64,000 bases of DNA from Antedon mediterranea (Eukaryota; Animalia; Echinodermata). Under the pieces are notes generated by a model that saw only the letters and a program-made list of their open reading frames with translations, ran no database searches and was not told the origin of the DNA. The position numbers were made by a program, and so were the translations under genes. Location of the stretch: the NCBI RefSeq assembly GCF_964355755.1, contig NC_092679.1:2386201-2450200 (forward strand), given 5' to 3'. Below, piece by piece: positions 1 to 12,673 of the stretch. Within the stretch, counting starts at the first letter, position 1, and the number at the start of each line of letters is the position of its first letter.

Positions 1-1189
1 CTTTTTTCTCCCACTTCCTCCCCCCCCCCCCTTTCCTCCACCCCCTTTTTCTTTCTGACAATAGTAGCCTATAAACAAGTAGCCTATATAAACATATATA
101 TAGTATAAACACTATATACCTGTCTGCACTTTTAATTATATAACAAATTAAAATGGGTATTGATTTTTCATAGCATATAAAGTGCATTGTTCCTCACCAT
201 TTGTGTTTTACACATCTTCATAAAACTTACCACTTTCTGTCGTAACTAACGCACAATAGATACAAACACATGAGATGATTTTTAATATTTATATCATACA
301 TCATCCTCCTGGTAATTGCAATATAGCCTGTACATTGTACTACTTTTAACAAGTCAAACTTTATGAATACTAATAATACTACAGTACTTTTATATTTATC
401 TAGGCTCATACTGTTTACATACCATTATGTTTACATTTCTGCAATTACTGCAGTACCCTACTACTTACATTCTTTATAAAGACCTAGGCCTATTTAAAAC
501 AAGGATAAAATATTTTATAAGACCTGTTTCACATTATTATGGTCCTGTTTAAACTATGCTTAATGTTGCAACAAAATAAGGATGAACTGACCATGAAATA
601 ATTTTTGGAAAGGATCAAATGACTAGCTTGATTAGCAAGTTTAAATGAAATAAATGTGAGTGTAGTTGAACGGTAATGGTCACTTATAACATGCTAATGA
701 TTCCTGCACAGAAATACTCATAGATTACAATGAACAACCCTTTTGTGGAAACGTGAAGTTTTAAAAAGTCATTAATTAATTCGTAACTGCACCTACAAAC
801 GTTTCATCGACAAAAACATGCTTATGATTGATTTTTCATTAACTGTTTGCAGTCGCCATCGGCGTTTGACCCAGTTAAAAAGAGCGTAACGATACTGGGT
901 CATTGATCAAAAAGTGTTAAGATGCTGAGGAGGTTAAGTTGTATTAGAGAATAACACTTAACTAATGGAAAATTACTTTTTGATATAATGATTAAATTTA
1001 GATTAATTTGTAATAATTTGAGATTTAGTAGTTTTGTCAGAAGTTAATTAACCAATTCCCTGGGTGGAGGTACTCAAATATGAAGCATAACATTATCACT
1101 AGTTTTTTCTTTATACTGATTACCTCTTCTTAAAACTGTTCTCCCATACGGCCCAGTACAGGACCATAATCAGCAGAATTTTTCGACTT

Positions 1190-2010
1190 TATTATGCACA
1201 TGTGCATTGTATGTTCAGGTGACCAATGGCTTTACATCCCCGCCCAAAGGACGAGGCAGGCAGTGAGAGTAAAGCATCTTGCCTAAAGCCTGTTTTCCTG
1301 TCGACGTTGAAATACGTTGAGTTGCGTTGAGTTTAAAATCGTTAAAGTTGAAAATAAAATAACGATGACGATGATCGAGTCGGACCGCTAATATTTACAC
1401 ATTTTTACGCGATCGTTTATAGCTAGTTTCTTGGTTCTCTCGAGCGTTGCTGGGACACGCGGACGTGAAGTGTTGCAAAACTAAGGCCGGCCACGCGCAG
1501 CCGGGACCGCGTGAAAATTGAAAAAGTTACGGGTTTTGATGCTTAAACCCAGCCTAGGACATGCTTTCGTTGATATCTTAATATAGGCTTACACTAAAGA
1601 CAAACATTAAATTTAATTGGTTTAATATTATAATTTAATTTAACTTACACTTGTTTTTTTTAAATATCAGACCTTAAAAGTGTACAAAAAAGGTGAAAAA
1701 CATCGTCGCGTTGTAAACATTCAAGAATTGTCAGCGCGTACCTATTTTTTCACAAACTGCAATGACGTAATTTGTGGACCATTTGATTGGTCAGTTTTAA
1801 CGATCGTAACGATCGTAATCGTTAAAGTTGAACCGAGTTCAACTTTAACGATTTAAGATTTTAACGATTTTCAACGTTAATTTTTACCCCCTTTTCCTGT
1901 TAAATCGTTGAATATGTCAACTCAACGCAACTCAACGTAACTTAACGTCGACAGGAAAACAGGCTTAAAGATACAAGCCATATGGCACAGACAGGTCTTG
2001 AACCCTTACT
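1190..2010 (-). mobile_element. tRNA-derived SINE (Deu/Nin-like domain), split by family C; second fragment at 2089-2147
   Basis: Removing the insert restores ...gagtaaagcatcttgcctaaagatac...cttgaaccc (reverse B-box-like). The reverse strand has cgtcctttgggcgggatgtaaagccattggtc, resembling the Deu/Nin domain as I recall it. The same core recurs at 2089-2147. Confidence 0.55.
1287..1965. mobile_element. Non-autonomous PIF/Harbinger-like element (family C, 679 bp)
   Basis: TIR AGCCTGTTTTCCTGTCGACGTT is perfect for 22 bp and imperfect to about 47 bp. Perfect TAA target duplication at 1284-1286 and 1966-1968. CpG-rich, no ORF. Confidence 0.88.
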
Positions 2011-2180
2011 TCTCACATGCTGGTTTAGTATTTTGATTGCTAATTATAAGCAAAAGTGAATTTTTGTTTCACAAACATGGTATTAATTCTTTACATCCTA
2101 TCTGAAGGATGAGGCAATGAGAGTAAAGTATCTTGTCTAAGAATACCTGTGCCTCTAGTTTCCTTGTCTGATATTCCTTA

Positions 2181-2265
2181 AGCTCTGTGATGTGCCCAAA
2201 TATGGTAATAATGTGACACATCACATTTTTTTTGTCACATAAAGTTTGATAGTGCAGACAGAGCT
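2181..2265. mobile_element. MITE family A, internally deleted copy
   Basis: AGCTCTG...CAGAGCT ends, TTA/TTA duplication. Confidence 0.8.
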
Positions 2266-2322
2266 TTACAATTACCTAATGCTAGTACTTTTAATATAAT
2301 TTGTTTATATTTTTTTTTGCAG

Positions 2323-2521
2323 TTACATATATATTCCTATTGGGGGTTCAAGATGCGGCACATTTCGACAGTTGATTGGCTCTCTACTCTGTTTCATATT
2401 TGTCTTTTATTGGCACGGTCTGGAAGAACATATTTTCTACTGGGCTTTGTTTAATTGGGTCGGCGTTGTCATAGAAACAATAGTCAACCAAGTTTCAAAA
2501 ACTGAAAAGGCCAAATCTTTT
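2323..2521 (+). CDS. HHAT: Hedgehog acyltransferase (MBOAT), internal exon containing the catalytic His
   Basis: ttttgcag acceptor and gtaagt donor. Translates YIYIPIGGSRCGTFRQLIGSLLCFIFVFYWHGLEEHIFYWALFNWVGVVIE..., matching the HHAT YVYIPVGGS...YWHG...NWLGV motifs. Upstream exons lie outside the window. Confidence 0.92.
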
Positions 2522-3291
2522 GTAAGTATAGGTACTTTTATGTATTTAATAATAAAATGATTTATAACCCCTACTGTTGTCCGAAACCAATCTCCAGTGC
2601 TTTCATTGTACTTGTGGCTTTTTCAATACAATGTCTTAATAATGGTGATGAGGTCGGCATTTATGTTTTATTTGTGCATGGTGTAATAATTCCACTTTCT
2701 TTCAGATGAGTGGTAAAACAATACATGAATTGTGAATTTCACGAACTTATATCTTTTGTTTGTCATCATTCATGATTGCAATTATGTTTTATAATGTTAG
2801 ACGTCATCTAATATACATCATGAACCAGGTCTTTTTTTGCATTGTTAGCATTGTACACGTTCAAACTACTGTATGTGATGCGCTCATATATAGACATAAT
2901 GATGTCTATCACTACCATATTTGGGCATATTACTACCATATTTGGGTACATCACACTTTTTTTGTCAAACTGGCTATAATATTCTGCAGTTTTTTTTTCA
3001 AATTTGATCTAATATTGTATGAAAGGTAGTTATCAGGTTATTAATCAGAATGTTTTAAATAAGACCATTATTTTGGAAACTAGAAAGAATATATCTAGAA
3101 TTTGGACAAAGACTATTTATTTATGATGTTTATGGATAGTTTACACCATCAATCCTACTGGGCTTCGTACAGTATATAATAATCAGTAATATTTAAGTAG
3201 TAACAAGAATAACATACTTATTGTCTTTAATTAACAAAATTAATTTGAAACCCTTCAGGGAAATCAAATTTGATATGACAACATAATCTTA

Positions 3292-3451
3292 AGCTCTGTC
3301 TACACTATAAAAGTTGTTTGACAAAAAATATGTGATGTGCCCAAATATGGTAGTGATATGCCCAAATATTGTAGTGATATGACATCATCATGTCCATATA
3401 TGGGCACATCATGTTTTGTTGTCCCATAAAGTAGATAGTGTAGACAGAGCG
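3292..3451. mobile_element. MITE family A (PIF/Harbinger Tourist-like), full copy; about 15 copies in the window
   Basis: TIR AGCTCTGTCTACACTATCAAAC with TTA/TTA flanks. Partial copies also at about 2872-2971, 53190-53240 and 53785-53874. Confidence 0.88.
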
Positions 3452-4672
3452 TTAGGCTCAAATGCTTTTTTGAATATTGAAATTCAACTTGTTTTTAAGT
3501 TTTCCTACTGTTAATCCATTGCATGCTACAGGATTTAACCAACTGACTATATTAATTAATGACTTAATTAATTAATAATTAATTAGTCATCATTAATACA
3601 AAAATGATGTAGAGGTTTTTCAACAATTCACATTGAATATGCATCCATTTCATGTTTTTTTTATCGAAGTTGATTGATGCTTTTAATTGCTTTTTAAGGA
3701 TAAATAATTCATTGAATAATTTAATATGTATCTTTTTTTTTTTTAGAAGACAAGTATGTGTTCAGTCAATTCTCATTCTTTATTGAGGAATATGTTCCAC
3801 AGCGAACGCCTTGGAATTTATGAATAATAATAATTAAATTCTATATTCCATTTGTAAAGATGACATTTTAGAATAGAAAAAGCCTGTGGAAATCATGATA
3901 CTATTGACAAAAAAAAAATTGAAATTGGTTTAAATTCTACATACTAATAATTTTAATTAAATTAATTACAATTTCCTAAAAGCGCTTTAAGATAATGTAC
4001 AGCATAATGAAGAATCTCAAGTACCCACTTCTACTCCTGGGTGAAAAGAGATTGTTGATAAATTACGTTACTCAAGGACAGGAGAAGATGGCTTCTCGCA
4101 CACTTTGTCATCTTCTTCCTCAATTATACCTAACATTTTTATTGCATCTTTACATTTAAGGAAATTATTATCTTAAAAAAGCTCTTAAATTTTTCCAATT
4201 TCTAAAACGTTAATATGTCCAAGATTTATTTAAAATAAATTTAGGGTTTTTTTTGTTACATGATCGCTTTAGTTTAAATTAAATAAAGGATTATATTGAT
4301 TAATGTTGGACAGGAGGATCAATATTACAGTTTCTAGGTTTATTTTCTAATTTTGAAATCTATTTGGAATTATGTACAGACATGATTTATAATGTGAGAA
4401 ACTATTTTCTGTGAAATTGTTTCAATTTTGAATTTAACTAGATTTGATTTATAAATTTCACACTTTATGCATATGAAGCTATTACAATTTGTTTTTAGAT
4501 TAGATTTTTTTATTTTAGAATAAACTTTTGTAGGTTCATTACACACATAATGTACATAAAGTATATTCAATATTATTAAATTAAAAATACAGATTGACTT
4601 AATATTTTACAGTGAAATAATAATTTATGTCTTCTGTTTACAGAAATTTAATTTAATGTTTGTTTGTAATGC

Positions 4673-5100
4673 ATTTTCAGCCCCTTGATGTTGTTTGCAA
4701 TTTTTGGCCCCAGGATGTTGTTTTTAATTTTTGGCCCCTGGAGGTTGTTTTTAATTTTCAGCCCCTGGATGTTGTTTGTAATTTTCAGCCCCTGGATGTT
4801 GTTTGTAATTTTCAGCCCCTGGATGTTGTTTGTAATTTTCAGCCCCTGGATGTTGTTTTTAATTTTTGGCCCCTGGAGGTTGTTTTTAATTTTCAGCCCC
4901 TGGATGTTGTTTGTAATTTTCAGCCCCTGGATATTGTTTATAATTTTCAGCCCCTGGATGTTGTTTATAATTTTCAGCCCCTGGATGTTGTTTGTAATTT
5001 TCAGCCCCTGGATGTTGTTTGTAATTTTCAGCCCCTGGATGTTTATGATTTATTTTTAGCCCCTGGATGTAGTTTGCAATGTATTTTAGACCCTGGATGT
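4673..5100 (+). repeat. 27-bp minisatellite, about 16 copies
   Basis: Unit AATTTTCAGCCCCTGGATGTTGTTTGT. Confidence 0.95.
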
Positions 5101-5220
5101 TTACAAAGCAAATAAATACATTATATGTTATTTGCAGTGCAATTCCAGCTTCTGGATATTTGAACAAACAGAGGAGATTAATTCTAATAACCTATTTGAT
5201 TTTCTTCTTGTACATTGCAG

Positions 5221-5365
5221 AAATTAAATCTAAGTGGTGCTAGTTTGCGGCGTGTGACTGCTGTATTTTCAGTTCCTGGATATATTGCCCTTAGTCTTGC
5301 CAATCTTCTATTCCTATCTGGTATTAGTATGGGCTATATATACTTTGAACGGCTGATTATTACCA
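5221..5365 (+). CDS. HHAT: HHAT penultimate coding exon
   Basis: ttgcag acceptor (phase 0, fits previous exon) and gtgagt donor (phase 1). KLNLSGASLRRVTAVFSVPGYIALSLANLLFLSGISMGYIYFERLIIT resembles HHAT ...LSNLVFLGG...YWNRIF. Confidence 0.88.
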
Positions 5366-6777
5366 GTGAGTATTTCTTTATCATAGATCATTTTATTTCC
5401 CATCCTAGTAAACATTGTGCCTGGGGATTTTAATAAAGTGCCTGGGGATTGTAATAAAAGTGCCTGGATATTGTATGCTTTTGCGATATTAGTTTTATTT
5501 TATTAGGTGTTTTTTTTAATAATGTTTGAGTGGGAATAGAGAAGTAAATGATGTTTAGGTTGTAAAGTATTTCATATTCACTTATAAAATGACAAAATAA
5601 AGACAATTTGAAAAAAAAATTTGGTCAAAGTGGGTAACTATTATGTAACCTTAAAATGGCATATTCAAAAATTTTTTTTTAAAGAAATATTTTTTTTAGG
5701 GAATTTTCAAGTTCTGAGTTAAAATTCAGTGATAGTGAATTAATTCTTTTCAAATTTCTTGTTTAATAGAAAGAAAAATGTTCAAAATGTATCAATTTTC
5801 AATCTAGATAATAGGTTTGCCCGTAAGATGCCAAGTGAAATGTTTATATAAATTATATCAACAAATTATTAAATTATGGTAATAGGTTTTCCCTACGGCA
5901 CAAAAATAAAAGTTTTTATATTTCAGCTTTAAATTATTAAATATAATAATAATTAATTTAGTTTGTAAATCCGGAAATGTCTTGATGTGGTTTCCCGATT
6001 AATCGTACGATCAAAACGGTACTGGGTATGATCAACTAGCGTTCGTGTTCCCACCTATGTCTATTCAGGGTGTGATTATATAATAAATAAATAGTAACTT
6101 ATTAACTTTAATTAGCCAGGGTCTATTAACCTGTCATAGAAGGAAAAATCAATTTACCATTAATTTTATAATTTTCTTTTTAATAATGCATTAAATTCTG
6201 TCTTTGGAAATTGTACCAATTTGTTTTTTGAATACTCTGCTATGTACAATTGATTATCTGTCAAGACCCTGTCTTAGTTAGCGAGTTTTACGACACGCTA
6301 TATAATCTTCTTTCCGTTATTGCTTACCAATAATCTCTCAGTAGCGATACTTCTAGCTATATTTGGTTTTGTAAAAAACAAATAAGCAAGCACATTAGTT
6401 AGATGAAAAGAGGAAATCCTTTCGAACTCTGATTAAGATTTTTTTATGTGTTTATCTGAAAAAAAATGAGGAAAGCATAGTGTACTACACATATAAATAA
6501 ACATCAGTTTTTAATTATATAATAGTATGATCTGTTTTAAAATGAGATTTTAGAACTATTTGCCTTTATTTTGAGTAATGAATTTCCTTTTGGACAAAAT
6601 AAAATGAACTATGAACTATAGGTATGAAGTTTCTAATTATGGTAATGGTATCTACTGCCATATATAGACATAATTGTCCATACATGGTAATAATGTGTCA
6701 TCAGTCCATGTAGAATGTCCAAATAAGGAAATAAATGATATTGTTATCACATAAATATGATAAGCTGATAATGGTAA

Positions 6778-6936
6778 AGCTTGGTTCCCACTTGAATGCA
6801 ACACAAGGATGTAAACCCACTGTAAACCATTTAACCAATCACAACGCAATGTATCGTCCGAATTGTCACTTCTGATTGGTCAATTCACTTGCACTGTGCC
6901 TATGTTGTACTGTTGCGCCCAATTAGAAACCAATCT
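6778..6936. mobile_element. MITE family B, degenerate
   Basis: TAA-AGCTTGGTTCCCAC...GAAACCAATCT-TTA. Confidence 0.7.
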
Positions 6937-6994
6937 TTAGAATAAGATGGTTAAAGGTCAAATGACCTTATGAATATTCATTTTTTCCTTTCAG

Positions 6995-7110
6995 GTTTTC
7001 CTATTGGTCCATTGGTGCTGCTGCTTCTTTATTACTGTATGATACAACTCATTTTGGAATGCCATAGGATTTGCGGTAAAAAATATTTTTGTGAAAAGAA
7101 ATATTATTAA
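6995..7110 (+). CDS. HHAT: HHAT last coding exon with stop
   Basis: ttttttcctttcag acceptor, phase 1. (S)FPIGPLVLLLLYYCMIQLILECHRICGKKYFCEKKYY*, TAA at 7108-7110. Resembles the last HHAT TM helix. Not in the ORF track. Confidence 0.85.
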
Positions 7111-8185
7111 CTAATATTTGAATTGCACTTTTTCTGCACTCATTTGTTAACTGATATTTAATTTGCTAGAATCACTCTATTTTTAATTCTACGTGTTGGT
7201 GCAGTTTTTTTACTCGCGATCGTAACAAGCTGATTTAGCTTACAATGATAGCGAAAGTTAGCAACTCATCTTGTGTATTTGGAGGGAAACAACATTATTT
7301 GTGGATTCTCCTGTTTGTCAGTTTTTATGAATGGTACACATTTTTTTAGAAGATGCATCTTCCACAACCAACATTTCTTCGCAGTAAATGTTATGAAATA
7401 TGCAATATGCAGTATATATGTGAAAAGGAGCCAAAAAATCCAAGTTTGACTTCTGAAAATAACCTATCTTCTAAAAGCTACCCCATTTTTGCAAAACCAA
7501 CCAACTTTCCAGTTCAGCATGAGAATAACTCGCAAATGTATCCAACGCCAATTTTATTTTATTCTCTGGTATTGTCCCTGAACTACCTGCAAAACCATGA
7601 TGATGCCTATATAGGTTTTTTGCAGTATCAAACAAAACTACTATAACTTAGCTGCTACTGTCAATGAGTACCCTCTTGTCAGAGGAGGATTGCAACGCCA
7701 ATGTATCCATTTAACTCTTGTCACACTGTCTATAAGCATGTTCTTGCCAGGATTGAAAAGGTCACAGCTTTTGATTGAACTGCAGATATGCTGTCTCTGT
7801 CTTGGAAAGGAAGAAAAATGCTTACTGCAACCGTACAATTTACTTTTGAAACTGCCATGTTTATTCACGTGATTTTTTGCGATATGAGCGAATTATACGT
7901 GAGAACGTACTTCTACGTTCTATGCTTGATGTTACTTCAAATTCTTTTTTAAGCATGACTATAATTTATTAGAAAGACGTTATTTTTTTATTCGATCAAC
8001 AAAAATAAATTATATACAAGAACGTTGAGTTTTGTTTAATATGATGTCAACTTTATCAGTATGTTTATGTTGTTAACAAGGTTTGGAAATGAAAGAACCC
8101 GTTGCCAAATATGGCAATGAAGTTGATAATCAGAATTGAAACCTGCATCAAGTTGTCGTGATGTTACTATTAATGATGAATCTAA

Positions 8186-8866
8186 AGCTCTGTCCACACT
8201 ATCAAACTAGTTTGACAAAAAAACTGTGATGTACCCAAATATGCTAGTGATATGAACAAGAAATAATATATATATCCCCAACCACAACACCAATTATTTT
8301 CAACATAGCATTAGATATTCTGGACCTCTATTGTTTAACAATTTATCCCCCTTAATTTCCTGTGCTGCTAACAGCTATTCATTCTATAGTAAAATTAAAA
8401 ATTACCTTTTGTCTCATTACTGATCTGTTTGATATGGTCGTTGTTTTCATGTTCCGTGACTTGCTACCTTTATTATTCATTTTGTCATCATATTCGCTAT
8501 ATGCCATGCAGCTGTACTTTTTTCTGTTCTTCATTTTTTACTTTTTATTCCAACTTTTATCTACTGGTTTTATATATATATTTTTTTATTTCTTTATTGT
8601 TTAATTAATTTATTTTCTTTATTTATATTTTTTTTCTTCTCTTAATTTAAATTTGTAAAGACAATCCTGTCACAAGATTCTAATCTTTTAGGGATTTGCC
8701 TTCGTCCATTTTCTTGTATTATCACTTGCCATTTTGTTTTTGTTACTTTTGTTTTCTGGACGTGAATAAATGTGAATTGAATTGAATATGACATCATTGT
8801 GTCCATATATGGGCACATTACATTTTGTTGTCACCTAAAGCTAAGTTTGATAGTTTAGACCAGGCT
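8186..8866. mobile_element. MITE family A copy split by a LINE insertion
   Basis: Left half 8186-8255 and right half 8786-8866, TAA/TAA flanks. Confidence 0.85.
8256..8785 (+). mobile_element. 5'-truncated CR1/L2-group LINE (ORF2 C-terminus and 3' UTR)
   Basis: 8256-8423 reads TRNNIYIPNHNTNYFQHSIRYSGPLLFNNLSPLISCAANSYSFYSKIKNYLLSHY*, a typical ORF2 end. AATAAA plus (ATTGA)n tail. ATATGA duplicated at 8250-8255 and 8786-8791. Confidence 0.8.
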
Positions 8867-9987
8867 TAACGAATATACGGTATTCTGAGACTCTGTTAAT
8901 GGATTGCCACCCATGTGGGAATGGTGCCTGTTCACACTTGGCAATCATTGGCTGTGCCAAGAAATTTAAAAAAAAACACACACACACAATCACACTCATC
9001 CTCGCGACATAATAAAAAATCTCCATCTTCCTCTCCCTTCCTTTTTTCCCAAACACATATTCAACCCTTGGTGAATTATCTCTTCTTTTGTTTATTAATC
9101 ATACTGTACGAACCAGATCATAATACTGAATTATTACCACGTTTTATTCTTCCCCATCGTCATGTCATTTTTATCTCTCTAAACATTGAAAAAAACCCCG
9201 GCAGATTAAGAGAATCATTACTATTGCATTAGGAATCAGTTGCAATTATACTAACCACATTAGTTGATGAAAATTTAATTGAATATTTCCAAAAATTATG
9301 AAGCGGAACGAATGAGTTTATATTTTAATAATTATGCCATTTCTGTATAGTTTATTGGAAATTGAAGATTTGTTGCATATTGTAAATGATCATTTGTTGA
9401 ATCAACGATTCATCTGATTGATACTTAAGGTATGATGTGGAACCATTTGGGGTAATGCATGCTCCCTTTTGGGTGATTTAATTTGAGTTTAACACGGTCC
9501 GATTCATATGATACTTAATGGCACCGCTTATTTCAAGTCAGTGTCTTGTTCACAGGTTGCTCGGACTGAAGAAAATTTAACAAACTAATGAAATGGAATC
9601 GACGACAGAAAGGCATTTAACGATCAGTATAATACGTTATTTATTCATTAATGTTAGTTAATAGGAAGATATTGCATCCCATGGGTGTCGTGGCCTGTAA
9701 ACAGTCAGTAAACCAACACATCATTAAATTAAATCAACTTAAGAATTCAACACGCACTGAAAAAAAATAGAAAAACAAATAAGATGGCGTATCGATCACC
9801 TTCGATTCTTACAGTGAAAGTGAAAACATGTCTAATTCTAGAAAATACATGCGATATTCAATTTTGAAAATCTAAACGAAATATTAAAATGGTTTTTGGA
9901 AAGTTCATATTTTCAATTCTATGATTTTTGTTTGTATTTCTCCATACGAATTCGACGGATTCTTGTATTGTGGTATTAAATATGGTG

Positions 9988-10095
9988 TCCACATAAAAGT
10001 GGCATTCCTTTAAATGCCAACTTTACGTCAATGGCTACCACAGGTGTCTCTATGTAGACAGTTAGGCCTACTTGAACCAACGGTACCAGTTTTAG
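9988..10095. repeat. Dispersed repeat, second copy at about 34193-34285
   Basis: Shared aaatgccaactt..gtcaatggctacca..gtctct..gaacca..gtaccagt. Confidence 0.6.
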
Positions 10096-11711
10096 AAGTT
10101 ATGGTAAATTTTATGATGTTTCTGTAGACTTGTGGTTGGTCAAAACGTCCTTGCGTTGCGTCCAAGAATTGTTTTTGTCAGATCGTGTGTATATTAGGAG
10201 GCCTGTTTACGGTTACCTTAAAGACATTTTTTTCTTATATAATAAAATCCGAAGTTTCGTTTAATATTATACTGATAATTAATTGTATTAAGTAAAATAT
10301 TGAATTAATGAAGGAGAGAAACAATGGATATGTATTGCTGAATAATTTATAGTTTCCATCAATTTGTTATTTGAATCATCCTCCTCTGCTGAAACCAATC
10401 CCAATGTTCCCAAAGTCTCATTTAAATTTTCTTTTAATTAGCGTACAATGACTTTGTTGGTTGTAGCCTCATATAACCCGAAGATCAAGGTCACGTGAGC
10501 CTTCTTTACGTCATCAATCCCAAGCCAATTTGTCTAATGAAGAAGCAAGCGATATAACCAGTAGTGGAATTACAAAATAGATTGATTATCAAGCTCCGGC
10601 GAGTAAATGTTTGTTGGTACGATATTGGTTTCTTGCGTTGTGTGTTGAATTTCACCCTATTTGTAGACACTGTAATATCTCATTTCTATATTTATATTAT
10701 TTGTCTGGCTATATCTTTCTCTATAGGCCTATTTATTTTATCGATATATCGATTTTATCGATATATCGATTTTAACAATTTTTTCCATCCATTTATCCAT
10801 TCGTCCATTCTTTCAACCACTTTCCTTTCGTTTCGTGTATTAATGTTTTTAGATACCATAGGCCTACACCTACAGAAATATATATAACCGTGTTCATTTT
10901 CTTCACACTCTGGTTAAATTTAATAATATTTAAAATAATGAAGGTAGCCTATAACATGTCCAGCTGATTACAGCAGTGCTGGCTACCCCTGTTGTTGCCT
11001 TTTTTTTAATCGTGGAAATATTTCGAGCCATTTCTTGCTTTTTTCCTAGGGTACTGTTATGTTTTTTCTTATATGATGATAATTAATTTTGTAAATCCTT
11101 ATTTGTATTTCCCACATTAGTCTGTAAAGTAAACGATACATAAATATGTAAGGTGTAAATATCTACCAAAAAATATCCATTAGTGTTCGAATCTTACCTA
11201 TCGGTGATAATGCTTGGTTCCTACTAGAACGCAGCGCAATGACGTAATCCGCAATGCAAGCGAATCGACCAAACCAAAGTGATGGATTATTCAAACTATC
11301 GCTTTTGATTGGTCAATTCGCAAATTTCACCAACAAGCGTTAACCTTCAAAACCGATGACATGATTTTCTATTTCTATTTAAAATGGTTGAACACGAATT
11401 ATTCAGTTGTGGACGGCTCCCTTGGCAACCCATATCGATTTATATGTATATTTCAATAGATAAATTGAATGCAGTAACAGTATACATTTACCACAACTTG
11501 ATGGATTTTTAACGTGTAATTACCCAAGCTCTTATAATAAGAATCATTCAATAAACTCATAATTAATACCTTATAAGTAAGTACACGTTATTCATTATGT
11601 TCATGGTACTTCCAACATTAAAAATAAGTTTGCCATTATTTATGAGAAGATTCTCGTACAGTGTCTAGAGACAATACACTCCTGAGCGGTTTCATGTCAA
11701 GCGACCAAGTC

Positions 11712-12110
11712 CAAACCCTAATTAATATTCTGAGCCTAACCCGCTATTATGTATACAAAAACAATCGACGGGACTCGAACCATTTACCTTCGACTGGGAT
11801 GCCAAAACAGTAACCATTAAGCCATGGAAAAGCTTGGTTCTTAGGACGCAACGCAGGGATATAAACCACAAGGCAACGAATCGACCAATCAGAAGCGATA
11901 TATTATTGGAACTATCACTTGTGGTTGGTCAATTCGCTGGCGTTGTTGCTTACACCACGTTGCATCCTAGTGGGAGCCAATCCTAAATTAATAAAAAACT
12001 GAACCTCTTTAATCCATCTATAATGTGTACAAAAACCAACGGGGTTCGAACCCTTTACTTCGGACTGGGGTGCAATAGCAATATACATTCAACCATGCAA
12101 CTAGCTTTCC
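11712..12110 (-). mobile_element. Two tRNA-derived SINE copies (about 11712-11828 and 11981-12110)
   Basis: Reverse strand has TGGCTTAATGG A-box and GGTTCGAGTCCC / GGTTCGAACCCC B-boxes, with homologous bodies. Confidence 0.55.
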
Positions 12111-12437
12111 TCCTCTAACCCTCTATAAAGCTTGTTTCCCACTAGAACGTAACGCAAGCGTTTTAACCAATGACAAGCGAAGTTATAGACAGCAATCACA
12201 AGCGAAAAAGCCATCGCTTGTGATTGGTCAATTCACTTGCGTTGCGTTACGTCCTTGTGTTGCGTCGCTAGTGGGAACCACGCTTTAGTGTCCGTTACGT
12301 TAAAGCGTAGTTCTTATGAAGCAACGCAGGAATTTAAACCACAACGCAATGAATCGAACAATCAGAATCGATGGATTATTCGAACTGTCGCTTGACTGGT
12401 CAATTCGCTGGCGTTGCGTTCTAGTGGGAACCAATCT
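11831..12437. mobile_element. Cluster of three MITE family B copies (11831-11983, 12129-12284, 12304-12437)
   Basis: Shared ccaatcacaagcga / cgcttgtgattggtcaattc cores and TIRs. Confidence 0.8.
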
Positions 12438-12673
12438 TTAGACGTATTTGCGTTGTGTCCTAGTGGAAACCAATCTTTAGACGTATTTGCGTTGTGTCCT
12501 AGTGGAAACCAATATTTAGACGTATTTGCGTTGTGTCCTAGTGGAAACCAATCTTTAGACGTATTTGCGTTGTGTCCTAGTGGAAACCAATATTTAGACG
12601 TATTTGCGTTGTGTCCTAGTGGAAACCAATCTGTAGACGTCTTTGCGTTGTGTCCTATAGTGGGAACCAAGCC
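12408..12673 (+). repeat. 39-bp minisatellite, about 6.5 copies, derived from the family B terminus
   Basis: Unit TAGTGGAAACCAATCTTTAGACGTATTTGCGTTGTGTCC. Confidence 0.92.

Noticed and set aside
4660-5167. Repetitive ORFs (FQPLDVVCN)n and their other frames
   Set aside because: By-products of a 27-bp intronic minisatellite with no gene context.
7353-7872. Short ORFs downstream of the HHAT stop
   Set aside because: No recognisable homology or splice logic. Probably 3' UTR or intergenic.
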